A program made the position numbers and the translations under genes. Source: Clostridia bacterium (GTDB lineage: Bacteria > Bacillota > Clostridia > UMGS1840). From it: DNA of 64,000 bases. Below are positions 9,810 through 19,539 of the stretch, in pieces. The notes below the pieces were generated by a model that did no database searches, was not told the DNA's origin, and was given only the letters and a program-made list of their open reading frames with translations. The stretch's first letter is position 1. Every line of letters starts with the position of its first letter. The stretch lies in NCBI GenBank assembly GCA_045540295.1, contig JAZQGY010000019.1, positions 2,388 through 66,387 of the forward strand, in the 5' to 3' direction.

Positions 9810-10268
9810 CTACTGCTCCCGGGGTTCCTTTTCAAACAGGATTTTGGCTGCAATCCAAATGACACCTATTACGATACAAATATCAGCCAGGTTAAAAACC
9901 GGATAATTGATACAATAAACGTTGATATAATCTACCACATACCCAAACTGAAAGCGGTCTGCCACGTTAGAAATACCACCCCCTGCAACCATTGCCAAGG
10001 GAATCAGAGTAGAAAAACGAATTTCTTTTTTCTTTGCCACCACATAATAGGTAATCGCAAGAAAGAGAATCACCGACACACTAATCAGCAGAACTTTTGC
10101 GCCTTCAAAGATGCCAAATCCGGCACCAAAATTTTGCACCAGTGTTAGTTTTAATACATCCGGAATCACAATGATTTCTGCCTGCGCTAAGGCATAAATA
10201 CCATAATACGCCAATAATCTTGTAACCAAAATCAGGAATAAAACAATTCCCATATATAATGCTATCAT
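9810..10268 (-). CDS. lspA: lipoprotein signal peptidase II
   Basis: GGGISNVADR and FNLADI motifs. Start moved to ATG 10268 (AAGGGAG RBS overlapping the divIVA stop). Confidence 0.9.
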   Translation of the reverse strand: MIALYMGIVLFLILVTRLLAYYGIYALAQAEIIVIPDVLKLTLVQNFGAGFGIFEGAKVLLISVSVILFLAITYYVVAKKKEIRFSTLIPLAMVAGGGISNVADRFQFGYVVDYINVYCINYPVFNLADICIVIGVIWIAAKILFEKEPREQ

Positions 10269-10278
10269 GGCAACTCCC

Positions 10279-10719
10279 TTACTGATCCAGTTCCAAAATA
10301 TCAATCTGAGATTGAATCAGGCTTCTGATTTTAGATTTATAAATATTAAATTCCTGCTTCAGGTTTGCAATCTGCGTCTGAATAGCAGAAAGCTCTGCGT
10401 TAGCTTTTGCAATCATTTCATCCTTTTGCACATTGGCCTCTTTCACGATAATTTCTGCTTCCTTGTGCGCATTCTTTTTTACTTCATCTGAAATAGAATG
10501 AGCGGTAACGACAGTATCCCTTAGTGCATCTTCCATCGATTTATATTCGCGGATTGCATCGGAAAGCATATTATTTTTGTCTTTTAATGCCAGGTTTTCT
10601 TTGTACAACTTGTCATAATCCTTATAAATACGTTCCACAAATTGGGTAACTTCTTCCTGACTATAGCCAAAAGCAGCTTTTTTAAAGGTAATGTTTTCGA
10701 GTTCGATCGGTGTGTACAT
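10279..10719 (-). CDS. divIVA: DivIVA domain cell-division protein
   Basis: MYTPIELENITFKKAAFGYSQEEV N-terminal DivIVA motif plus coiled coil. Start at ATG 10719 after AGGGGGA. Confidence 0.85.
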   Translation of the reverse strand: MYTPIELENITFKKAAFGYSQEEVTQFVERIYKDYDKLYKENLALKDKNNMLSDAIREYKSMEDALRDTVVTAHSISDEVKKNAHKEAEIIVKEANVQKDEMIAKANAELSAIQTQIANLKQEFNIYKSKIRSLIQSQIDILELDQ

Positions 10720-10771
10720 AAAAAATCCCCCTTTTTTAGATAAAGGCATAAGAGTATGGAGCTCCTATGCC

Positions 10772-11533
10772 TTATTCATATTTCTTGATTGTAATTTTTA
10801 CTCGGTCTTTTCGGGTAACGCCTTCGACTTCCTCCAAGACAAAACGTCCTTTTTTAGTAACGGAAATCATATCTCCCGAAGAAAGCACCTTATTATAATG
10901 AGTTTCTATAAAATGATTCACTTTTACTTTTCCAGAAAGAATCAGTTCTTTTGCTTTCTCGCGGGACAAACGGGCAATATCTGAAATAATACAATCCAGT
11001 CGTAGTGCTGCCACAGTTGTCTGACGGTAAGAAAAATTCGCTGTATTTGTTACTGAAAAATCATCCAGAACACGCAAAGTTACCGGGTATCTGCCAACAG
11101 AAATCAGGTTTTCCATCAAATACTTTAAAATTTCTTCTTTTACCGCCACCACTGCAACATCATCTACCAAAATATCTCCGATTTTTTGACGTTTGATACC
11201 AAGTCCCATCAAGGAACCTAAAACGTCACGGTGAGAAACCGATGCTCCTTTTGGGAACGAAAGCTCCACGAGTTTGATCGGATAATCTTCATAACCAAAC
11301 CGAAGATGGCAAATATTTCTTCCTGCGTTCTCTATTCCACCAAAAAAGCATAAATCATCTTTCCAGAAAGAAAACAGCGATTTCACCATAGCGATTTGCC
11401 GCTCGTCCAGAAAATCCGAAAACACAGGGTAGTTTTTTTGATAGGATTGCTCCAGCTTATCATATACCGAAGATAACAGCATCCTGTCATCCTTATCGGA
11501 TATTTTTGCCAACAGTTCTGTTTTTGTCTGCAT
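10772..11533 (-). CDS. ylmH: YlmH-type S4-domain RNA-binding protein
   Basis: 253 aa. C-terminal S4-like domain; conserved position between sepF and divIVA. Confidence 0.8.
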   Translation of the reverse strand: MQTKTELLAKISDKDDRMLLSSVYDKLEQSYQKNYPVFSDFLDERQIAMVKSLFSFWKDDLCFFGGIENAGRNICHLRFGYEDYPIKLVELSFPKGASVSHRDVLGSLMGLGIKRQKIGDILVDDVAVVAVKEEILKYLMENLISVGRYPVTLRVLDDFSVTNTANFSYRQTTVAALRLDCIISDIARLSREKAKELILSGKVKVNHFIETHYNKVLSSGDMISVTKKGRFVLEEVEGVTRKDRVKITIKKYE

Positions 11534-11548
11534 AAAAATTAAGAAAGA

Positions 11549-12016
11549 TTAGAACGGAAACGCAACTTTATTGCGCAGTTCGTCTTTGAAGTCTCCCATA
11601 ATACCCATATTATACGGAACAATCAGAAAAATCCCGTTGGAAATTTTTTGAATGTTACCGTCCAGAGAATAAACTGCCCCGGATAAAAAGTCAATAATCC
11701 GTTTTGCAACCTCACGGTCAATATTTTCTAAATTAACCACAATCGGTTTTTTAGTTTTCAAATGATCTGCAATTTCTTTAGAATCTTCAAACGCTACCGG
11801 CTGCACTACCACTACTTTTAACTGAGTAGTGGTATGAATATTCACAATCTTTCCTTTTTTGGGTGCAGAGAACGGTTCTTTTGTTTCCTTTACTTCCTTG
11901 GTTTTTGTTTCTTTCGTAGAAGCAAAAATTCCTTCAACGGCTTCTTCTTCTAATTCGTCCTCTTCCTTTTCTAAAATACCAAAATCCACTAATTTTTTCT
12001 TAATCGCACCAAACAT
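11549..12016 (-). CDS. sepF: cell division protein SepF
   Basis: 155 aa. Conserved C-terminal domain (VVVVQPVAFEDSKEIADHLKTKKPIVVNL ... GAVYSLDG). Confidence 0.9.
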   Translation of the reverse strand: MFGAIKKKLVDFGILEKEEDELEEEAVEGIFASTKETKTKEVKETKEPFSAPKKGKIVNIHTTTQLKVVVVQPVAFEDSKEIADHLKTKKPIVVNLENIDREVAKRIIDFLSGAVYSLDGNIQKISNGIFLIVPYNMGIMGDFKDELRNKVAFPF

Positions 12017-12070
12017 TTCAATTTCCTCCTATATAGTAATCCGGAAGCATAAAAGCTCCCTGCTTATTAT

Positions 12071-12757
12071 TTACATATAATTTCTCGGACCAAAAATTTT
12101 GGAACCGATTCGCACCAGAGTTGACCCTTCTTCAATGGCAACTTGATAATCATTGCTCATGCCCATAGACAAAATATGAAAAGCTAAATCACAGGATTTA
12201 TAATCCTCATAGATTTTTCGCAGCTTCGAGAACACTCTCCGAAGTTCAGCTTCCGCATAATGAACAGGGGGCATTGTCATCAGGCCACATACCCGAACAT
12301 TGGGAAGCTCCTTTGCTTTTTGATACAGTTCTTCCAAATTCTCCTCATACACGCCAAATTTGGAATCTTCCTTGGTCAGATTTACCTCAAAAAGAATATC
12401 CTGCACCTTGCCGATTTTTTGTGCCTGTTTTTGAATTTCAGATAAAACAGACGGTGAATCCACTGAATGAATCAGACTTACTTTATCAATAATGTACTTT
12501 ACCTTGTTGGATTGCAGGTGCCCAATCATATGAAATTCATCCACATAAGGACTTAACTGCTCATATTTTGCAACCAGCTCCTGCACGTAGTTTTCGCCAA
12601 TGGAACGGATGCCATACTCCAACGCTGGCATAATTTCTGCCACGGTTTTCATCTTGGTAACAGGAAGCAATTGTACTTCCCCCAACGAACGTCCGGCTTT
12701 TTTTAAGCTATCAGAAATTTCGTCTTTTATTATATCAAGTTTTTCCGCTATTGTCAA
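12071..12757 (-). CDS. ylmE: YggS/YlmE family pyridoxal-phosphate homeostasis protein
   Basis: 228 aa. VTKMK Lys motif, HMIGHLQSNK, MGMSNDY. Confidence 0.9.
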   Translation of the reverse strand: MTIAEKLDIIKDEISDSLKKAGRSLGEVQLLPVTKMKTVAEIMPALEYGIRSIGENYVQELVAKYEQLSPYVDEFHMIGHLQSNKVKYIIDKVSLIHSVDSPSVLSEIQKQAQKIGKVQDILFEVNLTKEDSKFGVYEENLEELYQKAKELPNVRVCGLMTMPPVHYAEAELRRVFSKLRKIYEDYKSCDLAFHILSMGMSNDYQVAIEEGSTLVRIGSKIFGPRNYM

Positions 12758-12794
12758 TCGGATTCTCTCCTTTTCTCCCTTTTTTTACAAAAAA

Positions 12795-14063
12795 CTACCG
12801 GGCATTTGGCGCAGGGCTACCTTCCGCTAAATTTTTATACTCAGTAATCACTAAATCGTACAACAATACATTGGAAGGATTGTTATTGTTTTCCTCAATA
12901 ATTACATACTCATTTTTTTCAAACAGTATTTTTACGGGACGTTTTCTCACGATGCTTTCTTTCACAATGAAAACAAATTGGTCGTCACCTTCTCCCTGAA
13001 TCGCCTCTTTGGGAATCCGCAATCCACTATGGGTTTTCTTAACTAACTCAACTTCCAATTTTCGTTCATTCATTAAAGTATCCAGATGTTGACTTAAAGA
13101 AAGCGTTAACACAGTATCGGTGCCATTGGAAGAAATATCTTTTACTGTGCACGCAATTTTTCCTTCCGGCACTCGTGATGTTTTTAAATACAGTATGTTT
13201 GTTTTACCGGGTTCTTTTACCGGATCAGTGGTAATACCTTCTGCGGCTGCATTGGAAAGGTATACCAGCATAGTAACTTCATAATTATTTACAATCTTTC
13301 CGAACGCATAATTACCGGCAGTATTTGCATAATCAACCGAACTGCTATTCCACAAATTGGAAAACAGCTGACAATCTGCATTTTCTACAGTTTGTTTGTT
13401 AATTACAGTTTCATATCCGTCCACTTTTGATGTGATAAGCCCGGAGCTCACCGAATAGAACGCATCTTTTGTTCCGGTAATGGAGCGTTCCAAATCATCT
13501 CTTTGCCGCTTGAGACGTTCCAACTCTTCTTTTGGATCATTCCCGGAAACCCCCATAGCGATATTCTCAATTTCACGAGTCTCCTGATATAGCGGTTCAA
13601 ATTCTCCCAAATGAGAATAATACGCCACGTCTTTCATCTTGTTAAGCAGCAAAGAAGCGGTGTTACCGTCTCCTCTGCCGTCGCGATTTTGGTTTTTGAT
13701 GCTAATCTCTAAGGAATTGATTTTTTCGCTCAGAGTTTTTATACTTTGCTTCTTACCTTCATCAATATCTCCCGAATAAACGGTAGCAACATGGGTGCGT
13801 GCAGTTACTCGGGTACCGTCGGAATAATTCATAACTGCCATTCCCTTGGATGTTGAGGAAAGAAGTTCCTCATCCCACACAAAAATAGCTTTTCCCGAAA
13901 TCACTTCTTCTTCACTACCATGATATACTACTTGCGTGCTATAACTGGGATGATAATAAATATACAACCCTACTACAACCAACAGTAAAATAATGCCCCC
14001 CACCACATAGTAAATTGGTGGGATTTTATTTTTTCTTTTCTTTTTCATTCTTCGTTCTTCCAT
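12795..14063 (-). CDS. membrane-anchored HlyD/membrane-fusion-like protein (hypothetical)
   Basis: 422 aa. Basic N-terminus plus one TM helix, central coiled-coil segment, beta-rich C-terminus; AAGGTGA RBS. Assignment from overall architecture only. Confidence 0.45.
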   Translation of the reverse strand: MEERRMKKKRKNKIPPIYYVVGGIILLLVVVGLYIYYHPSYSTQVVYHGSEEEVISGKAIFVWDEELLSSTSKGMAVMNYSDGTRVTARTHVATVYSGDIDEGKKQSIKTLSEKINSLEISIKNQNRDGRGDGNTASLLLNKMKDVAYYSHLGEFEPLYQETREIENIAMGVSGNDPKEELERLKRQRDDLERSITGTKDAFYSVSSGLITSKVDGYETVINKQTVENADCQLFSNLWNSSSVDYANTAGNYAFGKIVNNYEVTMLVYLSNAAAEGITTDPVKEPGKTNILYLKTSRVPEGKIACTVKDISSNGTDTVLTLSLSQHLDTLMNERKLEVELVKKTHSGLRIPKEAIQGEGDDQFVFIVKESIVRKRPVKILFEKNEYVIIEENNNNPSNVLLYDLVITEYKNLAEGSPAPNAR

Positions 14064-14067
14064 TTTG

Positions 14068-14991
14068 TCACCTTTTTTCTATGCTCGCAAGAATCTGACG
14101 AGTCAACTCTTCTTTAGGGAGGGATGCTTCCAGCCATATGGCACCTTCGTTTCTGCGAAACCAGGTTAACTGGCGTTTGGCGTAACGGCGAGATTCCATT
14201 TTTAATTTCTCCACCGCTTCATCCAAAGTTAAATAGCCGTCTAAATACTCTACAATTTCTTTATATCCAATTGCCTGCATGGAGGTGTTGGTTTTGGGGA
14301 TACCCCTTTCCAACAGTGTTTTTACTTCTTCTACCAAACCGTTTTCCAGCATCACATCTACTCGATGATTAATGCGTTCATAAAGCTTGTCCCGATCGGT
14401 ATCCAATACAAAAAATCGCACGTCATAGGGCTTAGGTGCATTTTTGGTACGCTCTTCCTGGTCGGAAATAGTGGTTCCCGAAATACGGTACACCTCTAAT
14501 GCTCGAATCAGTCGTCTGGCATTGTTTGGATGAAGTCTTTCCGCAGTTTTCGGATCAATTTTACGAAGTTCCCTAAGCAAATAATCCCCGCCTTTTTCTT
14601 CGTATAAAGCAGTAATCTCCGCACGGACTTGTTCGTCTCCCGGAATGGGTGCTAAATCGTATCCGTATACCAAAGAATTGATGTACAATCCTGTGCCACC
14701 TGCAATGACGGGGATTTTTCCGTTTGCTAAAATACTGTCCACAATGGGTTTGGCATCCTCTACATAGCGACTAACATTATAATTCTCCACAGGAGACACA
14801 ATATCTATCATATGATGAGGAATCCCGCACATTTCATCTGCGGTAACCTTGGCAGTTCCCACGTCCATTCCCTGATAAATCTGCATAGAGTCTGCAGACA
14901 CGATTTCCGTATGCAATTCTTTTGCGACCTCCACAGATAACCCGGTTTTCCCTGAAGCAGTGGGGCCTGCAATGACAATAACCTGATTCAT
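14068..14991 (-). CDS. miaA: tRNA dimethylallyltransferase
   Basis: 307 aa. GPTASGKT P-loop, DSMQIYQGMDVGTAK. Confidence 0.95.
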   Translation of the reverse strand: MNQVIVIAGPTASGKTGLSVEVAKELHTEIVSADSMQIYQGMDVGTAKVTADEMCGIPHHMIDIVSPVENYNVSRYVEDAKPIVDSILANGKIPVIAGGTGLYINSLVYGYDLAPIPGDEQVRAEITALYEEKGGDYLLRELRKIDPKTAERLHPNNARRLIRALEVYRISGTTISDQEERTKNAPKPYDVRFFVLDTDRDKLYERINHRVDVMLENGLVEEVKTLLERGIPKTNTSMQAIGYKEIVEYLDGYLTLDEAVEKLKMESRRYAKRQLTWFRRNEGAIWLEASLPKEELTRQILASIEKR

Positions 14992-14999
14992 AGGTACTC

Positions 15000-16898
15000 C
15001 TACCGTTCAAATTTAGTTTCAATATAGCTTTTGGAAAAAGAAATAAAGAGCGGTCTACCGTGAGGACAGGTGGTTTTTCCGTTTAAGGAAAAGGCTTCTT
15101 TGCAAAGCTCTTCCATCTGATACATAGAAAGCTGGGTATTTGCCTTCACGCTCATTTTGCAAGCTACCAAAAACAATAGCCGTAAATTAAAATTTTCAGG
15201 TTTTACCTTTCCGCTTTTTTTGATTTCTTCTAAAATTTCATATAATAATTTTTCGATATTCTTCTCTTTTACTTCCGTTGGAATTTCCCTCACAACGATG
15301 GAATTGTCGGAAAAATCATCTGCCATAATGCCCACATTGGCCAACAGCTCTAAATGCTCTACCATCAGACGATAATCGGTGGGAGCAAACTCCACGATTT
15401 TTGGAACCATCAGCAGTTGGGAATGAACTTCCCTCTCTGTCATTTGCTGATGGATTTTTTCATAATTTAAACGCTCATGAGCAGCATGCTGGTCCAAGAG
15501 AAGCAGCTCGTCTCCTTTTTCAATCAGGATATAGGAAGAAAACACCTGCCCGATAACCCGAAACGCTTCCTCTTCTTTCTCTTCTGCAATAGTCTTAGAA
15601 AAAATTTTTTCAGCAGAAGTTTCTTTTGCAATTTCTTCTTTTCTATTATCTTCCTCTGTTGTGATAATCTCATTCAAGATGGGTTCTTTTTTTAGAAAAC
15701 CAGAATTTTCATTCTCTGTCTTTGATTCTCTTAAGAAGGTAAAATCATCAACACGATTAAAAACAGGCTCCTGCTTCTTTGTCGGTGCCTCTTCCATAGG
15801 ACGTTGTTGTTTAGATAAAAAGGAGCTTTGCAGGTAAGTTTTTTCTGTTTCCTCATACTGCACTGCTTTGGAAGTTGCAATGGGAACCGTTTTAGTTTCT
15901 TTCACAAACAGCTTTTCTTCCAGAGCCTCCTTCACAGAGGTATAAATAGCATCATAGATGCTCTGTTCATCCGAAAACTTCACTTCCGCTTTTTGGGGAT
16001 GAACATTTACATCGCATAAATTGTAATTCACACGGATATCCAACGCACAGAACGGATATTTCCCCTGTGCCATTTTCTGAAAATATGCAAACTCCAATGC
16101 CTGAATCAAAATCTTAGATTTACATATTCTACCGTTTACACTGAAATTTTCAAATTTACGGGTAGGACGTGCCAGGTTGGGAGACCCTACACAACCAAAA
16201 ACTGTGACACCGTTTTTTTCGGCATCCACCATAATTAACTGTTCTGATAGTTGACTTCCGTACACAGCATAAACAGCAGAACGGATATCGTTATCTCCTT
16301 TAGAATAATACACCTGCCGACCGTCTTTTACAAACTTAATGGACAAATGCGGGTTTGATAAGATAAGCCGTGCCACAATCTCCTCAATATAGGCACCTTC
16401 TGTGGCATCTTTTTTTAAGAATTTCAGTCTTGCAGGAGTATTGTAAAATAGATCTTCCACTATAATTTTCGTACCCACAGGGCAGCCAATGTCTTCTACA
16501 GATATTACCTCTCCACCCTCACAGATAAGCTTGGTACCGGAAAGAGCATCTTCCCTTCTGGTAATGATGGTAACTTTGGAAACCGCACAAATACTTGCTA
16601 ATGCCTCACCACGGAACCCCATGGTGGAAATAGCAAACAAATCTTCTTTCGCTTTTAGTTTACTGGTGGCATAGCGAACAACCGAGAGGACTGCATCCTC
16701 ACGGTCCATACCGCTGCCATCATCCGTCACAGAAATCCGCTTCTTGCCACCTTCCGAAATTTCCACAGTAATTCTGCCGGCACCGGCATCTTTGGCATTT
16801 TCAAATAATTCTTTCACCACAGAGGAAGGCCGTTCCACAACCTCGCCTGCAGCAATCATATCGGATAATAACCGATCTAATACACGAATGGTTCCCAT
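15000..16898 (-). CDS. mutL: DNA mismatch repair protein MutL
   Basis: 632 aa. IAAGEVVERPSSVVKELFENAKDAG GHKL ATPase N-terminus; C-terminal dimerisation domain. Confidence 0.95.
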   Translation of the reverse strand: MGTIRVLDRLLSDMIAAGEVVERPSSVVKELFENAKDAGAGRITVEISEGGKKRISVTDDGSGMDREDAVLSVVRYATSKLKAKEDLFAISTMGFRGEALASICAVSKVTIITRREDALSGTKLICEGGEVISVEDIGCPVGTKIIVEDLFYNTPARLKFLKKDATEGAYIEEIVARLILSNPHLSIKFVKDGRQVYYSKGDNDIRSAVYAVYGSQLSEQLIMVDAEKNGVTVFGCVGSPNLARPTRKFENFSVNGRICKSKILIQALEFAYFQKMAQGKYPFCALDIRVNYNLCDVNVHPQKAEVKFSDEQSIYDAIYTSVKEALEEKLFVKETKTVPIATSKAVQYEETEKTYLQSSFLSKQQRPMEEAPTKKQEPVFNRVDDFTFLRESKTENENSGFLKKEPILNEIITTEEDNRKEEIAKETSAEKIFSKTIAEEKEEEAFRVIGQVFSSYILIEKGDELLLLDQHAAHERLNYEKIHQQMTEREVHSQLLMVPKIVEFAPTDYRLMVEHLELLANVGIMADDFSDNSIVVREIPTEVKEKNIEKLLYEILEEIKKSGKVKPENFNLRLLFLVACKMSVKANTQLSMYQMEELCKEAFSLNGKTTCPHGRPLFISFSKSYIETKFER

Positions 16899-16911
16899 AT
16901 GTATTTCCTAC

Positions 16912-19521
16912 CTAGATTTTTTTGGCTTCATTTACCAAATGATTTAAAAGGTTTAATGCTTCCAAAGGGGTTAAGGTGGTCACATCAGTTTTCTTTAGCT
17001 CTGCCACCAGATTCATAGACAATAATCCCGCAAAAGACTGGTTTTCCTCTTCCTCTAAAACGGTAGCGGGAGAAATTCTCATTTCGGTTTTATCGCCCTC
17101 TAAGTCACGCACCAATTCCTGTGCACGTTTAATGACCTGATTGGGGATTCCTGCCAATTTGGCAACTTCCACCCCGTAGCTGTCATCCGCACCTCCTTCG
17201 ATAATACGACGAAGGAAGGTGATATCGTCTCCACGTTTTTTTACGGCAACACAGTAATTTTTCACAGGGCTCATTTTATCTTCCAGCTGGGTAAGCTCAT
17301 GATAGTGGGTTGCAAATAAAGTTTTTGCACCGATTTTTTCACAAATATATTCCACCACTGCCCATGCGATAGACAAACCGTCATAAGTACTGGTACCACG
17401 GCCGATTTCATCTAAAATGATCAGGCTGTTTTTTGTGGCATTTTTTAGGATGGTGGATACCTCAGTCATTTCTACCATAAAAGTGGACTGTCCCATAGCT
17501 AAATCATCGGACGCCCCCACACGGGTGAACACTTTGTCTAAAACCGTTAAAGAAGCATATTTTGCAGGTACAAAAGACCCCATCTGCGCCATAATACATA
17601 TTAAAGCGACCTGACGCATATAAGTGGACTTCCCTGCCATATTAGGACCGGTAATAATGGCAAAATGTTCTTTTTCAGTGAGCTTGGTATCGTTTGACAC
17701 AAACAGAACGTCCCGCCTTGCCTGTTCTACCACAGGGTGGCGACCGTCTAAAATTTCAATCTGATTACCTGTATTAAACTCAGGCTTTACATAATTATGT
17801 TTTAATGCTGTTTCATAGAAAGAGCATAATACATCTAAGTAACTAACTAAATCAGCTGTCTTTTTAATGCGTTCGGAATTATGGAAAATCATTTCCCGAA
17901 TCTGGCAGAACACCTGATATTCCAGCTCAGTGATTTTTTCTTCCGCACTTAACAGTACTTCTTCAATTTCTTTTAATTCACTTGTGATATAGCGTTCACA
18001 GTTGGCTAGTGTCTGTTTTCTGATAAAATAGTCCGGCACTAAATCCTGATAGGATTTGGTAACTTCAATATAATAACCGAATACCTTGTTGTAGCCGGTT
18101 TTTAATTTAGCAATACCGGTCTTTTCCCGTTCTTTGTTTTCTAAGTCCAGCAGAATTGTTTTGCTGTTTTTCTTCATAGCGCGGATTTTATCAATTTCTT
18201 CGTGATAACCGTCTTTGATAATTTCTCCTTCCCGGATGGTCAAAGGCGCATTTTCGGAAATGGAAGCATCAATTTCTTTAAAAATATCTTCCAAAGAATC
18301 CCAATCTTGATACATCTGTTTCCATAAAGAAGAATGAAATTTTCCTACCAGTTCTTTTAACTGAGGCAACACCCGAAAGGAATCCCGAAGAGCCAGTAAA
18401 TCCCTGCCGTTTACTGTTTTTAAGGAAATTTTGGACAATAGTCGTTCCACATCACGAATTTCTTTTAAATAGGTGCGAACAGTATCTGCATCCGGCTGAT
18501 GACGGGTTAATTCTTCCACCGCATCCAAGCGACGCTCAATTGCTGTGCGATTTACCAAAGGTCTTTCGATAAAGCGCTTGAGCATTCTGGCTCCCATAGA
18601 GGTTTTGGTTTCATCTAAAACACCAAACAATGAACCTTGCCGTTTTTTATCACGCATGGTTTCTGTAAGTTCCAGATTCCGTTTGGCACAGTCATCAATT
18701 TCCAAGAAGCTTTTGGCATCGTAATAGTCAAATTCCGTAATATGGCGGAGCTCGGTTTTCTGGGTTTTATCAATATAATAAAGACAAGCCGCTAAGGAAA
18801 AATAGGAAAGCTCTTTTTTAATCAGTGCATCCTTTTTCTCCCAAAACGCGTCAAAGCGCTTGGATAAATTTTCTTCCACACTGGAAAAACTGTATAAAGA
18901 ATCCTCCATTGTTTCAAAGCGGGTATTGATTCTCTCTTTCACAGAAGAAAGAAAGGTTTTATGAATCAAAGCTTCAGAATTCACTAAGATTTCTGCAGGT
19001 GCATATTTTACCAATTCACTGATTAAATGGGAAATAAAATCTGCTCCCGTAAATTCAGTGGTAGCTACATCCCCTGTGGTAATATCGGCAAAAGTAACCC
19101 CTGCCCCTTTTTTGGTGATATATGCTGAAGCCAAATAGTGATTGGATTTTTCGTCCAACGCATTGGTATCGGAAAAGGTACCGGGCGTAATAATACGAAC
19201 AACTGCCCGTTCCACAATTCCTTTTGCCGCTTTGGGATCTGTCACCTGCTCACAAATAGCAACCTTATAGCCTTTTTTTATCAGTTTGGAAATGTATGTT
19301 TCGGCACTATGATACGGAACACCGCACATGGGTGCCCGTTCCTCCTGACCGCAGTCTCTACCCGTTAAGGTAATTTCCAGTTCGCGGGATGCGGTAATAG
19401 CATCCGAAAAAAACATTTCATAAAAATCGCCTAACCGAAAGAACAGCAAAGTATCTTCGTAATCCTTTTTGATTTCGAAGTACTGTTGCATCATCGGAGA
19501 TAATTTTTCTATCTGCATCAT
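16912..19521 (-). CDS. mutS: DNA mismatch repair protein MutS
   Basis: 869 aa. FYEMF mismatch-binding motif, GPNMAGKST Walker A, DEIGRGTSTYDG. Confidence 0.95.
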   Translation of the reverse strand: MMQIEKLSPMMQQYFEIKKDYEDTLLFFRLGDFYEMFFSDAITASRELEITLTGRDCGQEERAPMCGVPYHSAETYISKLIKKGYKVAICEQVTDPKAAKGIVERAVVRIITPGTFSDTNALDEKSNHYLASAYITKKGAGVTFADITTGDVATTEFTGADFISHLISELVKYAPAEILVNSEALIHKTFLSSVKERINTRFETMEDSLYSFSSVEENLSKRFDAFWEKKDALIKKELSYFSLAACLYYIDKTQKTELRHITEFDYYDAKSFLEIDDCAKRNLELTETMRDKKRQGSLFGVLDETKTSMGARMLKRFIERPLVNRTAIERRLDAVEELTRHQPDADTVRTYLKEIRDVERLLSKISLKTVNGRDLLALRDSFRVLPQLKELVGKFHSSLWKQMYQDWDSLEDIFKEIDASISENAPLTIREGEIIKDGYHEEIDKIRAMKKNSKTILLDLENKEREKTGIAKLKTGYNKVFGYYIEVTKSYQDLVPDYFIRKQTLANCERYITSELKEIEEVLLSAEEKITELEYQVFCQIREMIFHNSERIKKTADLVSYLDVLCSFYETALKHNYVKPEFNTGNQIEILDGRHPVVEQARRDVLFVSNDTKLTEKEHFAIITGPNMAGKSTYMRQVALICIMAQMGSFVPAKYASLTVLDKVFTRVGASDDLAMGQSTFMVEMTEVSTILKNATKNSLIILDEIGRGTSTYDGLSIAWAVVEYICEKIGAKTLFATHYHELTQLEDKMSPVKNYCVAVKKRGDDITFLRRIIEGGADDSYGVEVAKLAGIPNQVIKRAQELVRDLEGDKTEMRISPATVLEEEENQSFAGLLSMNLVAELKKTDVTTLTPLEALNLLNHLVNEAKKI

Positions 19522-19539
19522 TCATTCAACCGTCCTGTT

